Shown here: piece after piece, positions 1 to 7,303 of the stretch | How positions within the stretch are numbered: position 1 is the first letter of the stretch | How the letters are laid out: each line of letters begins with the position of its first letter | Origin: Candidatus Rokuibacteriota bacterium | Lineage (GTDB): Bacteria; Methylomirabilota; Methylomirabilia; Rokubacteriales; DASRDR01 | DNA: 12,594 nucleotides | NCBI GenBank assembly: GCA_044866005.1 | Contig: JBIOTN010000108.1 | Location: 1-12,594 of the forward strand | Reading direction: 5' to 3' | The notes under the pieces: model-generated | Seen by the model: the letters and a program-made list of their open reading frames with translations, nothing else | Database searches by the model: none | What the model was told of the DNA's origin: nothing | Translations under genes and position numbers: made by a program

Positions 1-90
1 GGCCAGCGGGTAGAGCACGAACGTCCGCCGGGGCGTCGAGCGGACGAACCGCCGGGCCGCCCGCGCCAGGCCTCCCGTTCCCTCGGCCAC
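1..90 (-). CDS. 5' end of a probable membrane protein running off the window; tentatively isoprenylcysteine carboxyl methyltransferase (ICMT/PEMT)-like
   Basis: A GTG at 88-90 sits 13 nt after the stop of the upstream SBP gene, with GAGG upstream. The frame is open to base 1 with GC-ending codons: (M)AEGTGGLARAARRFVRSTPRRTFVLYPLA. The family guess rests only on my recollection of a similar 'TPxxTFVLxPL' N-terminus; only 30 codons are visible. Confidence 0.4.
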   Translation of the reverse strand, partial: MAEGTGGLARAARRFVRSTPRRTFVLYPLA

Positions 91-103
91 CGTGCGGCGC
101 CCC

Positions 104-1096
104 TCAGCGCCGCGGGAGCCTGTCCAGCACGCCCTCGCGCGCGAGCCTCTCCACGATGCTCGGGTCCATGATGTCGGTCGGCTTCAACCGGGCCGCCTCG
201 GGGTTGATCTGGAGCTCCGCCAGGAGCTTGAGGACCATCCCGCCCCCCTCGAGCGACGGCACGGGCGAGCCGAGGTTGTCGATCGCGTCCCTGTACGCCT
301 CGTCGATCTCGTCCGGTTTCTGGAGCCGGAGGTGCCTGGCGACGCTCCGCTTCACGGTCTCGCGGTTCTCCGGCGCGAGCGTGAAGGCGAAGCCGTCCAC
401 GATGGCGCGGATCACGCCCTCCACGGCGCGCGGATTGGCCTTGAGGAGGCTGCGGGTGGTGATGAGGCTCGTGTGCTCCCAGGGGATGCCGGTCGTCCGG
501 AGGTCCAGCATGGTGCGAAACGGCGGCCGCGGCAGGCGGCCCGCCACCTCCGCGGCCAGCATGGCGGCGTCGATGCCGCCCGCCATCAGGGCGGCGAGGC
601 GCTCGGGCTCGGTGCCGATCTGGATCAGCGCGATCTCGTCGCGCTTCGCGTCCAGCCCGAACTGGCGGAGGACGAGGTGGGAGGCGACGTAGGCGGCGCC
701 GCCGAACGTGGCCACCCCGATCTTCTTCCCCTTGAGGTCGTCCGGGCTCTTGATGTGGGCGGCCGTCGTGAACAGGTAGGGCATCCGGTTCACGAAGCTC
801 AGGATGACGACCGGGTCGGCGCCCTTGGCCACCGGGCCCACGACCTGGGTGACGGCGACCGTGGCGAACCGCACCTCGCCGGCCAGCAGCGCCGCCATGG
901 TCCGCGCGCCCCCCCGCACGAAGACCAGCTCGGCGTCCACCCCGTATCGCTTGAAGTAGCCGTGGTCGAGCGCGATCCAGAGGGGGAGCGCGTTGGTGTT
1001 GAGGAAGCCCTGGCCGATGACGAGCGGCTCGGCCTCCGCGCGGCCCGCCAGGCTCAGGAGGACCAGCGCCAGCACGGCGACTCTCGTTCCTCGCAT
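104..1096 (-). CDS. ABC transporter substrate-binding protein, SsuA/NMT1/THI5-like (NitT/TauT family)
   Basis: 330 aa. Sec-type signal (MRGTRVAVLALVLLSLAGRAEA). Family motifs 'PLWIALDHGYFKRYGVDAEL', 'DLKGKKIGV', 'AALMAGGIDAA'. AGGAGG RBS upstream. Confidence 0.9.
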   Translation of the reverse strand: MRGTRVAVLALVLLSLAGRAEAEPLVIGQGFLNTNALPLWIALDHGYFKRYGVDAELVFVRGGARTMAALLAGEVRFATVAVTQVVGPVAKGADPVVILSFVNRMPYLFTTAAHIKSPDDLKGKKIGVATFGGAAYVASHLVLRQFGLDAKRDEIALIQIGTEPERLAALMAGGIDAAMLAAEVAGRLPRPPFRTMLDLRTTGIPWEHTSLITTRSLLKANPRAVEGVIRAIVDGFAFTLAPENRETVKRSVARHLRLQKPDEIDEAYRDAIDNLGSPVPSLEGGGMVLKLLAELQINPEAARLKPTDIMDPSIVERLAREGVLDRLPRR

Positions 1097-1127
1097 CGCT
1101 CGCCCTCCTGCCGGGGACTGCGGACGC

Positions 1128-1172
1128 GCCCCTCCAGAGGACTCGGAGGGGGCGGTCGAGGCCCCCGCCGAG
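1128..1172. repeat. REP-like GC-rich palindromic element, copy 1 (with an extra overlapping half-copy)
   Basis: Arms CTCGGAGGGGGC (1142-1153) and GCCCCCGCCGAG (1161-1172) pair with one mismatch. 1145-1169 matches 6798-6822 at 22 of 25 positions. CCCCTCC (1129-1135) offers an alternative partner for GGAGGGG (1145-1151). Confidence 0.7.
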
Positions 1173-1175
1173 GAT

Positions 1176-2924
1176 CTACCGCGACTGCGTCACCACGTCC
1201 ACCAGGGCGGGCCGGCGCTCGCGCCTGATGTGGCGGGCCGCCCGCTCGAGCGCCGGGCGGAGGTCCCGCGGCTCCTCGATGGGTCCCTCGGCATAGAGGC
1301 CGAAGGACCGCGCCAGGCCCGCGAAGTCGACGGGGGGGTCCTGGATGTGGAGGCCGATCCCCTTCCGCTCGACCGGCCGGCCGCGGGCTCGGGCCATCCG
1401 CTCCTGGTGCTCCTCGTCGTTGTAGTAGGAGCGGTTGTTGAACATGACGACGAGGATGGGGACCCGGTGGTGGGCGGCGGTCCAGAGCCCGCCCGGCGTG
1501 TAGAGGAGGTCCCCGTCGGGCTGGATGTCGATCGCGAATCGGCCGGGCTGGCCGAGGGTGGCGCCGATGGCGTGGCCGATCCCGTAGCCGACGCCGCCGC
1601 CGTGGCTCGCTCCGACGTAGCGGTCGTGGCGGTCCCAGGGCCAGAGGCGGCGCGTCCACCAGCGGAGGGTGCGGTTGACCAGCACCCAGTCCTCGTCCTT
1701 GACCACCTCCCAGAGGTCGGCGGCGAGCCGCGGGAGGCTGATGGGCCGCGCCTCCCACTGCCGCTCCGCCTCCGCGCGGGCGGCGTCCCGGAGCGCGCGG
1801 TGGCGGGTCTCGAGCCGGGCCGCGCGGGCCTCGAGGTCGGCCTTCACCGCGGGCCGCTCGGCCAGGGCCTCCCGGCACGCCGCCACGAGCTGGGGCAGGG
1901 CGACGCGGCTCTCGGCCACGATGGCCAGGTCGGCCGCGTGGAGCCCGCCGAGGTCCGGCGTCCAGCTCCGGAAGAGGAGGTCGCGGGTGGAGAGGTCGAC
2001 GACCCGGGCCCGCGCCGGCAGGCGCGGGCGCAGCTCGCGGGTCGTCCGGTCCACCGTGGTGAGCGGCGCGTGGAGGTCGAGCAGGTCCAGCGCCAGGACG
2101 AGGTCCGCCTCGGCAAGGAGCTCGGCCTCGCCGTCCGTGAGGTCGAGCCGGTGGGTGTTGGGGAAGTTGAAGCGGCTGCCGCGGTCGACGACGGGCAGCG
2201 CCAGGAGCTCGGCCAGCTCCACGAGCGCGCCGACCGCCTCCGCGTTCCGGCCCACGTAGTCGGCCACCACCACCGGGCGCTCGGCGTCGACGAGCCAGCG
2301 GGCCGCCGTCGCCAGCGCCTCCCGCGGAGCGGCCGGCGGCGCGGGCGGGGCGAAGCGCGAGGTGTCGGGCAGGGCGATGGGGCCGTCGAGGAGTTGCTCC
2401 TGGAGGCCGGCATCGAGCGCAAGGTAGACCGGGCCCTGCGGCTCCGTCACCATGACCCGGTACGCGCGGAGAAGCGCCTCGGGCAAGGCCGCCAGGCTCG
2501 CCGGCTGGTCGTCCCACTTCACGTAGTCCCGGACGGGCTGGCCGACGGGGAGCGCCGTGTGGATCCAGTCGATCCAGGGCCGACGGCGGTCGGTGGCCAT
2601 GGGCCCCGTGCCGCCGAGGACCAGGACGGGCGCACGGTCGAGCCAGGCGATGAAGATCGCCATCGAGGCGTGGAGGAGCCCGACCGTGTCGTGGACGATG
2701 GCGGCCATGGGGTGGCCGCGGGCCTTGCCGTAACCGTGGGCGATGGCGACGGCGATCTCTTCGTGGTTGACGAGGATGTGCTGGGGACGGTCCCAGCCGT
2801 AGTTGACGATGGAGTCGTGGAGGCCGCGGAAGCTGGCCCCCGGGTTGAACGCGACGTACTCGATCTGAAGCCGGTGGAGGAGGTCCACGACGACGTCGGA
2901 GCCGTAGCGGGTCGGGGCGGTCAT
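1176..2924 (-). CDS. Thiamine diphosphate-dependent enzyme (acetolactate synthase / benzoylformate decarboxylase-like superfamily), substrate unknown
   Basis: 582 aa. N-terminal 'NPGASFRGLHDS' and 'NHEEIAVAIAHGY' (catalytic Glu), 'VGLLHASMAI', and a C-terminal ThDP/Mg motif variant 'QPDGDLLY...VVMFNNRSY'. Confidence 0.9.
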   Translation of the reverse strand: MTAPTRYGSDVVVDLLHRLQIEYVAFNPGASFRGLHDSIVNYGWDRPQHILVNHEEIAVAIAHGYGKARGHPMAAIVHDTVGLLHASMAIFIAWLDRAPVLVLGGTGPMATDRRRPWIDWIHTALPVGQPVRDYVKWDDQPASLAALPEALLRAYRVMVTEPQGPVYLALDAGLQEQLLDGPIALPDTSRFAPPAPPAAPREALATAARWLVDAERPVVVADYVGRNAEAVGALVELAELLALPVVDRGSRFNFPNTHRLDLTDGEAELLAEADLVLALDLLDLHAPLTTVDRTTRELRPRLPARARVVDLSTRDLLFRSWTPDLGGLHAADLAIVAESRVALPQLVAACREALAERPAVKADLEARAARLETRHRALRDAARAEAERQWEARPISLPRLAADLWEVVKDEDWVLVNRTLRWWTRRLWPWDRHDRYVGASHGGGVGYGIGHAIGATLGQPGRFAIDIQPDGDLLYTPGGLWTAAHHRVPILVVMFNNRSYYNDEEHQERMARARGRPVERKGIGLHIQDPPVDFAGLARSFGLYAEGPIEEPRDLRPALERAARHIRRERRPALVDVVTQSR

Positions 2925-2941
2925 GGCGGCGCAGGCGCCGG

Positions 2942-3814
2942 TCAGGCCTTGAGGTGCCGCGCGAAGAAGGCGACCGTGCGCTCCCAGGCCTCCTTCGCCG
3001 CCTCGGGCTGGTAGCGCTCGGGAGACGCGTCGTTGTGGAAGGCGTGCTTGGCCTTCGGGTAGACCTTGTAGGTGTAGCTCTTCGCGTAGCGTCGCATGGC
3101 CTCCTCCGTCTCCGGGACGGCGCCCGTGATCCCGGGATCCTCCTCGCCGTAGTGGGCGAGGACCGGGGCCTCGATCGCCTGGACGAGCTCCAGCGGCTTG
3201 GGCGACCGGCCGTAGAAGACCGTGACCGCCTTGAGCCCCCGGACCTTCGTGGCGAGGTTGAAGGCCATCTCGCCCCCCCAGCAGAAGCCGACGAGCCCGA
3301 GGCGGTCCGTCCGGACGCCGGGGAGGGTCTGCAGGTAGGCGAGCGCGGCCTCGGTGTCCTCGACCACCGCGGGCAACGGCGCCTGGTCGCGGATGTTGCC
3401 GAGCCCCTTCGAGGCGTCGGGGACCTTCGCCGTGCCGCCGTGGCGGGAGAGGTAGTCGGGCGCGAGCGCCACGTAGCCTTCCCGCGCCAAGCGCCGGGCC
3501 ACGTCCTCGATGTGGGGGCTCAGACCCCGGTTCTCGTGGACGACGACGATCGCGGGATGAGGCCCGGCGGCCCTGGGACGCGACTGGTAGGCCCAGACCG
3601 GACCGGCCTTGCCGGGGTACTGGACCGTCTTCGAGTCGAGCGCCGGGTCGGCCGGATCCACCTGGGCGGCCTCGGACTCCGGGATGCCCAGGGGGGTCAG
3701 ATAGGGCAGGGCCTGGGCCAGCCCTCCGGCGGCCACGATGGCGCGCTGGATGAACTCGCGACGCGAGAGGCCGCCCTGCCGGTAGGCGGCGACGAGCTCG
3801 TCGATCTTGGCCAC
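2942..3814 (-). CDS. Dienelactone hydrolase family protein (carboxymethylenebutenolidase-like, YghX-type N-terminus with twin-arginine motif)
   Basis: 290 aa, GTG start with GAAGGAGG RBS. 'VVHENRGL', nucleophile motif 'GFCWGG', acid 'YGEED', His 'HAFHND', N-terminal 'LSRREFI'. Confidence 0.92.
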   Translation of the reverse strand: MAKIDELVAAYRQGGLSRREFIQRAIVAAGGLAQALPYLTPLGIPESEAAQVDPADPALDSKTVQYPGKAGPVWAYQSRPRAAGPHPAIVVVHENRGLSPHIEDVARRLAREGYVALAPDYLSRHGGTAKVPDASKGLGNIRDQAPLPAVVEDTEAALAYLQTLPGVRTDRLGLVGFCWGGEMAFNLATKVRGLKAVTVFYGRSPKPLELVQAIEAPVLAHYGEEDPGITGAVPETEEAMRRYAKSYTYKVYPKAKHAFHNDASPERYQPEAAKEAWERTVAFFARHLKA

Positions 3815-3830
3815 GCGGGTCCTCCTTCCG

Positions 3831-4652
3831 TCAGGTGACGCGGACGGTGAGCCGGCCGATCCGCGCGATCTCGAGCGTCACCGTGTTGCCCGCGCGGATC
3901 GGTCCCACCCCCTCGGGCGTGCCGGTCGCGATCAGGTCACCCGGCTCGAGCGTCATCACGGCCGTCGTGTACTCGATGAGCTCCGGGATGGAGAAGCGCA
4001 TGTCGCGCGTGCTGGCGCGCTGCCGTGGCGCCCCGTCCACCCACAGCGCGACCGCCAGGTCGTGCGGGTCGGGGATCTCGTCGGCGGTGACGAGGACGGG
4101 GCCGACCGGCGTGAAGGTGTCGTACGACTTCCGCCGGGAGCGCTCGCCCTTGCCGCGCACGGTGATGTCCATCACGCCCGTGTAGCCGAAGACCCGGTCC
4201 ATCGCGCCGGCGGCCGTCACCGCCGTCGCGCGCGTCTTCATCACCACGCCCAGCTCGGCCTCGTGGTGGATGGCCCGGTCGGGCAGCGCGGGCAGCCGGA
4301 TCGCCTCCCCGGGGCCGATGATGGAGCTGGGCGCCTTCAGGAAGACTTCCGGAGAGTCCCGGTCGTCGCCGCCGCCCATCTCCCGGTGATGGGCGCGGTA
4401 GTTGGCGTAGGCGCCGACCACCTTGGAGGGGTGCACGACGGGTGCCGCCAGCGCGACCCGCGCCAGCGGGATGCCGTCGCCGCCGGCCAGCCGCGCCTCG
4501 AGCCCCGCACGCAGGCGGTCGAAGGCCAGGACGAGCCGGCGCGTCAGGGTGGGCGGCCAGCCCCGGTCCTCGCCGACCAGGTCGGTCGCCTCCACGACCT
4601 CGTCGGCGCGGAGCAGCCCCAGCCGGCCGCCATCGAATCGGACGAATCGCAC
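3831..4652 (-). CDS. Fumarylacetoacetate hydrolase (FAH) family protein
   Basis: Start reassigned to the GTG at 4650-4652 (MRFVRFDGGRLGLL..., 273 aa), 11 nt after the upstream stop. Motifs 'ANYRAH', 'FLKAPSS', 'HHEAELGVV', 'GYT..MDIT', 'RRKSYDTFTPVGP', 'LEPGDLIATGTPEGVG'. Confidence 0.92.
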   Translation of the reverse strand: MRFVRFDGGRLGLLRADEVVEATDLVGEDRGWPPTLTRRLVLAFDRLRAGLEARLAGGDGIPLARVALAAPVVHPSKVVGAYANYRAHHREMGGGDDRDSPEVFLKAPSSIIGPGEAIRLPALPDRAIHHEAELGVVMKTRATAVTAAGAMDRVFGYTGVMDITVRGKGERSRRKSYDTFTPVGPVLVTADEIPDPHDLAVALWVDGAPRQRASTRDMRFSIPELIEYTTAVMTLEPGDLIATGTPEGVGPIRAGNTVTLEIARIGRLTVRVT

Positions 4653-4663
4653 GCCTTCGGCCC

Positions 4664-5683
4664 TCAGGCGCCGCGGTAGAGCCGCTCGATGTAGCCCGAC
4701 TCCTCCAGCTCCCGGACGAAGCGGAGGTCGACCACGTCCTCGGGCTTGACCTTCCTGGCGTCCGGCTTCTGCTTGGCGATGTCGTCGAGGATCACCTGGA
4801 TCCCCTTGAGGGTGGGGTAGGGCACCTTCGGGAAGACGGTGGCGTATTCCCGGTAGTACGCCTCGAGGAGCTCGCCGTCGTCGGTCTTCGCGTACTTGGA
4901 CAGGACCTTGACCGCGGCGGCCTTGTCCGTGCGGAAGAGGTGGATCCCCTCCACGAACGCCCGGAGGAAGCGGCGCACCGTGTCCTCCTGCTTCCTGACG
5001 AACTCCCGGGTCGTGAAGAGGGCGGTGTGCTGGTAGTCGATCCCGAGGCTCCCCAGGTCGACCAGGGTCTTCAGGCCGAGCTTCTCCGCCTTCAGGCGCG
5101 CGTCCGACGTCAGCGGCGCGGCCTGGATGGCGCCCGCCTGGAGCGCGGTGACGATGGCCCGGTTGTCGCCCATCTGGCGGATCGTCACGTCCCTGTCGGG
5201 GTTGAGCCCCCACTTCTTCTCCAGGACCAGCCGGATGCTGAAGTCGGACGAGGCGCCGAAGCGCGTCACGCCGATCGCCTTGCCGCGGAGGTCTTCCACC
5301 TTCGTGATGCTCGGGTGGACGACGAGGTCGTAGAGGAGCGTGTTGACCGCGCCGGCGATGAAGACGAGGTCCGCGCCGGCCAGGGTGGCGTGGAGCATGG
5401 CCGGCGCCGCCGCGTACGAGATGGGCGACTCCCCGGACAGAGTGGACTGGACCACGGCGGTCGTCCCGCTGATGAACGTGAGCTCGGGGTCGAGCCCGTG
5501 CGCCTGGAACCGGCCCTTGTCCTGGGCCAGCCAGAGGGGGCCGCCGGAGGTCGCCGAGGCGTACACGACCCTGAAGCGCTGGAGCCCCTGCGCCGACACC
5601 GGCCGGGCGGGGCGCCACGGGAAGGTGCCGGCCGCGCCGGCCAGGGCCAGCGCGCGAAGGACCTCTCGTCGGGTAGAGGGCAT
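4664..5683 (-). CDS. ABC transporter substrate-binding protein, SsuA/NMT1/THI5-like, with Tat signal
   Basis: 339 aa. Twin-arginine signal 'STRREVLRALALAGAAG'. Motifs 'PLWLAQDKGRFQAHGLDPEL', 'EDLRGKAIGVTRFGASSD'. AGGAGG RBS. Confidence 0.9.
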   Translation of the reverse strand: MPSTRREVLRALALAGAAGTFPWRPARPVSAQGLQRFRVVYASATSGGPLWLAQDKGRFQAHGLDPELTFISGTTAVVQSTLSGESPISYAAAPAMLHATLAGADLVFIAGAVNTLLYDLVVHPSITKVEDLRGKAIGVTRFGASSDFSIRLVLEKKWGLNPDRDVTIRQMGDNRAIVTALQAGAIQAAPLTSDARLKAEKLGLKTLVDLGSLGIDYQHTALFTTREFVRKQEDTVRRFLRAFVEGIHLFRTDKAAAVKVLSKYAKTDDGELLEAYYREYATVFPKVPYPTLKGIQVILDDIAKQKPDARKVKPEDVVDLRFVRELEESGYIERLYRGA

Positions 5684-5700
5684 CGGGCCGCCTCCTGACG

Positions 5701-6681
5701 CTACGGGTTCCGCGCCATGGCGCGGGTGTAGTAGCTCGTGTCCACGTACTTCTCCGGCCCCGGCAGGGGCGGCTTGACCTGGCCGATCTCCCCCAGGACC
5801 TCGATGACCTGCCGGAGTCCCTCGAGGTTCACCGCGGCCTTGGGAATCAGGGCCTTCGTCAGGGTTCCCTCATACGTGGCCTGAGCCTCGGCGCGCTCGG
5901 CCTTGACCCGGTGCAGCAGGATCTCGATGGCCTCGGCCCGGTTCTGCGGGTCGAAGAGCCAGTCGCTGGCCGCCACGTAGCCGCGGATGTAGCGGACCAG
6001 CGTATCGGCGTTCGGCGCCGCCCAGGAGCGCCGGGTGGCGGCGACCGACCCCTGGTAGTGGGGGAAGTAGTCGGAGGTGCTCCCCAGGCTCTTGAAGCCT
6101 GCCGAGAGGAGCTTCCCGTCGAAGGGCTGGTTGATCAGGCCCGCGGCGGCCGCGCCGGTCCTCACCGCCTCGTACCGCTCGTTCGTCCCGCCCACTTCCC
6201 GGAGCGTGTAGTCGCCGTCCTTGAGGCCGTGCTGGGCCGCGATCCGCTTGAAGAGGAGGGCGTAGCCGGTCGCGGCGCCGTCCACCGCGACGGCCTTGCC
6301 CCGGAGGTCCTGGAACGAGCCGATCGTGGGCGAGGCGACGATGCTGTAGGCCGGGCGGTTCAACGCCATGACGATGAACAGCTCCGACCCCTTCTCGACC
6401 GCCCGGACGATGTGGTCCGCGGCCTGGTGGCCGATGTCGAAGTCGCCCCTGGCGAGCGCCTCGAGCTGCCGGGCGGAGGAGCGGGTGACCGTCAGCTCGA
6501 CCTGGAGGCCTTCCTTCTCGAAGAGCTTCCGCGCCTGGGCCACGTAGAGGGGCCAGTTCGAGGCCGACTCCGAGATGACGGCCAGCTTGACCGTCTGCGC
6601 CTCGGCGACCGCGGCGCCCATCGTCAGGCCGACGATCACGATCAGCGTCCATGACGCTCGAGCCATCGTGCGTTCGCTCAT
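5701..6681 (-). CDS. ABC transporter substrate-binding protein, SsuA/NMT1/THI5-like
   Basis: 326 aa (alternative ATG 5 codons downstream). Signal peptide ending 'AEA-Q'. Motifs 'WPLYVAQARKLFEKEGLQVEL', 'DLRGKAVAVD'. GAGGTG RBS. Confidence 0.9.
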   Translation of the reverse strand: MSERTMARASWTLIVIVGLTMGAAVAEAQTVKLAVISESASNWPLYVAQARKLFEKEGLQVELTVTRSSARQLEALARGDFDIGHQAADHIVRAVEKGSELFIVMALNRPAYSIVASPTIGSFQDLRGKAVAVDGAATGYALLFKRIAAQHGLKDGDYTLREVGGTNERYEAVRTGAAAAGLINQPFDGKLLSAGFKSLGSTSDYFPHYQGSVAATRRSWAAPNADTLVRYIRGYVAASDWLFDPQNRAEAIEILLHRVKAERAEAQATYEGTLTKALIPKAAVNLEGLRQVIEVLGEIGQVKPPLPGPEKYVDTSYYTRAMARNP

Positions 6682-6700
6682 GACCCCACCTCGTGCGACG

Positions 6701-6778
6701 GCCTCCCGGGGGGAGGCAGGCCCGATGCCTTCGCCCCACGGCCGGGACGCCGTCCCGGCCGCTAACCGATCAGAAGGC
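6701..6778. promoter_or_regulatory. Cluster of inverted repeats in the leader of the SBP gene (possible structured RNA leader or operator)
   Basis: Hairpin GCCTCCC-ggg-GGGAGGC (6701-6717). Perfect 11-bp-arm palindrome CGGCCGGGACG-c-CGTCCCGGCCG (6739-6761), enclosed by GCCTTC (6727-6732) and GAAGGC (6773-6778). The repeats are seen directly; their function is inferred. Confidence 0.4.
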
Positions 6779-6796
6779 CGCGGCCGCGAGGGCCGT

Positions 6797-6823
6797 GGGA
6801 GGGGGCCGTCGAGGCCTCCTCCC
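6797..6823. repeat. REP-like GC-rich palindromic element, copy 2
   Basis: GGGAGGGGGCC-gtcga-GGCCTCCTCCC (11-bp arms, one mismatch). 22/25 identity to 1145-1169, same orientation, 5 nt downstream of a stop codon. Confidence 0.7.
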
Positions 6824-6828
6824 GGGCA

Positions 6829-7290
6829 TCAATCGGGAAACTCGCGACGGTCCCATTGCTCCTTGGGCCGACTCTTGCCGTCCCAGCCGATCGGGTCCAT
6901 GTCGCAGAAGAGCTGGACCGTGTTCCCGTCCGGGTCGAGGACGTCCAGCGTCTTGTCGGACCCAGGGCCGCGCTGGCGGATGGGGCCGAGCACCTTGACG
7001 CCCTTCTCCTCGAGGAACCGTTTCATCGTCCGGAGCTCCTCCAGGCTCGAGACCTCCAGCGCGAAATGGTTCAGGGTCGTGGCCTCCGCGCTCCCGCGCG
7101 CGCGATCCGACTGCACGAGGTTCATCGTGTGGTGGTCCGTGTGGGCGGGCAGGCGCAGGAAGACGATCCCCTGCTCGTTCACGTCGGAGACCTGGAAGCC
7201 GAGGCACTCCGTGTAGAACTTGACCGAGGTCTCGATGTCGCGCACGTTGAGCGCGACGTGCCCCAGGCGGCGGATCTTGACGGGGATCAT
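6829..7290 (-). CDS. VOC (glyoxalase/extradiol dioxygenase fold) protein B, single-module, with altered metal-ligand residues
   Basis: The ATG at 7288-7290 is preferred (GGAG 5 nt upstream, aligns with the paralog's start; 153 aa); alternative start 7302. Motifs 'LGHVALNVRD...FY...LGFQVSD', 'DHHTMNL', 'LNHFALEV', 'DPDGNTVQL'. Confidence 0.88.
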   Translation of the reverse strand: MIPVKIRRLGHVALNVRDIETSVKFYTECLGFQVSDVNEQGIVFLRLPAHTDHHTMNLVQSDRARGSAEATTLNHFALEVSSLEELRTMKRFLEEKGVKVLGPIRQRGPGSDKTLDVLDPDGNTVQLFCDMDPIGWDGKSRPKEQWDRREFPD

Positions 7291-7303
7291 GGGTGCTCCC
7301 ATC

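Noticed and set aside
1176..2924. ilvB/ilvG assignment
   Set aside because: Only superfamily-level motifs are recognisable, and no regulatory subunit or branched-chain amino acid genes are nearby.
3831..5618. 595-aa ORF as an extended or fused FAH protein
   Set aside because: The N-terminal 322 codons overlap the 4664-5683 SBP in another frame. FAH similarity begins at the GTG at 4652.
6755..6778. TPP riboswitch upstream of the NMT1/THI5-like gene (sense strand has CUGAUCGGUUAG)
   Set aside because: The resemblance to CCUGAUCnGGnUAAUnCC is only partial. The UGAGA segment, the AAU loop and the GCGnAGGGA 3' end are absent.
1142..6823. The two palindromes as CRISPR repeats or Rho-independent terminators
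   Set aside because: There are only two copies, 5.6 kb apart, with no spacer array or cas genes, and neither is followed by a U-tract on either strand.
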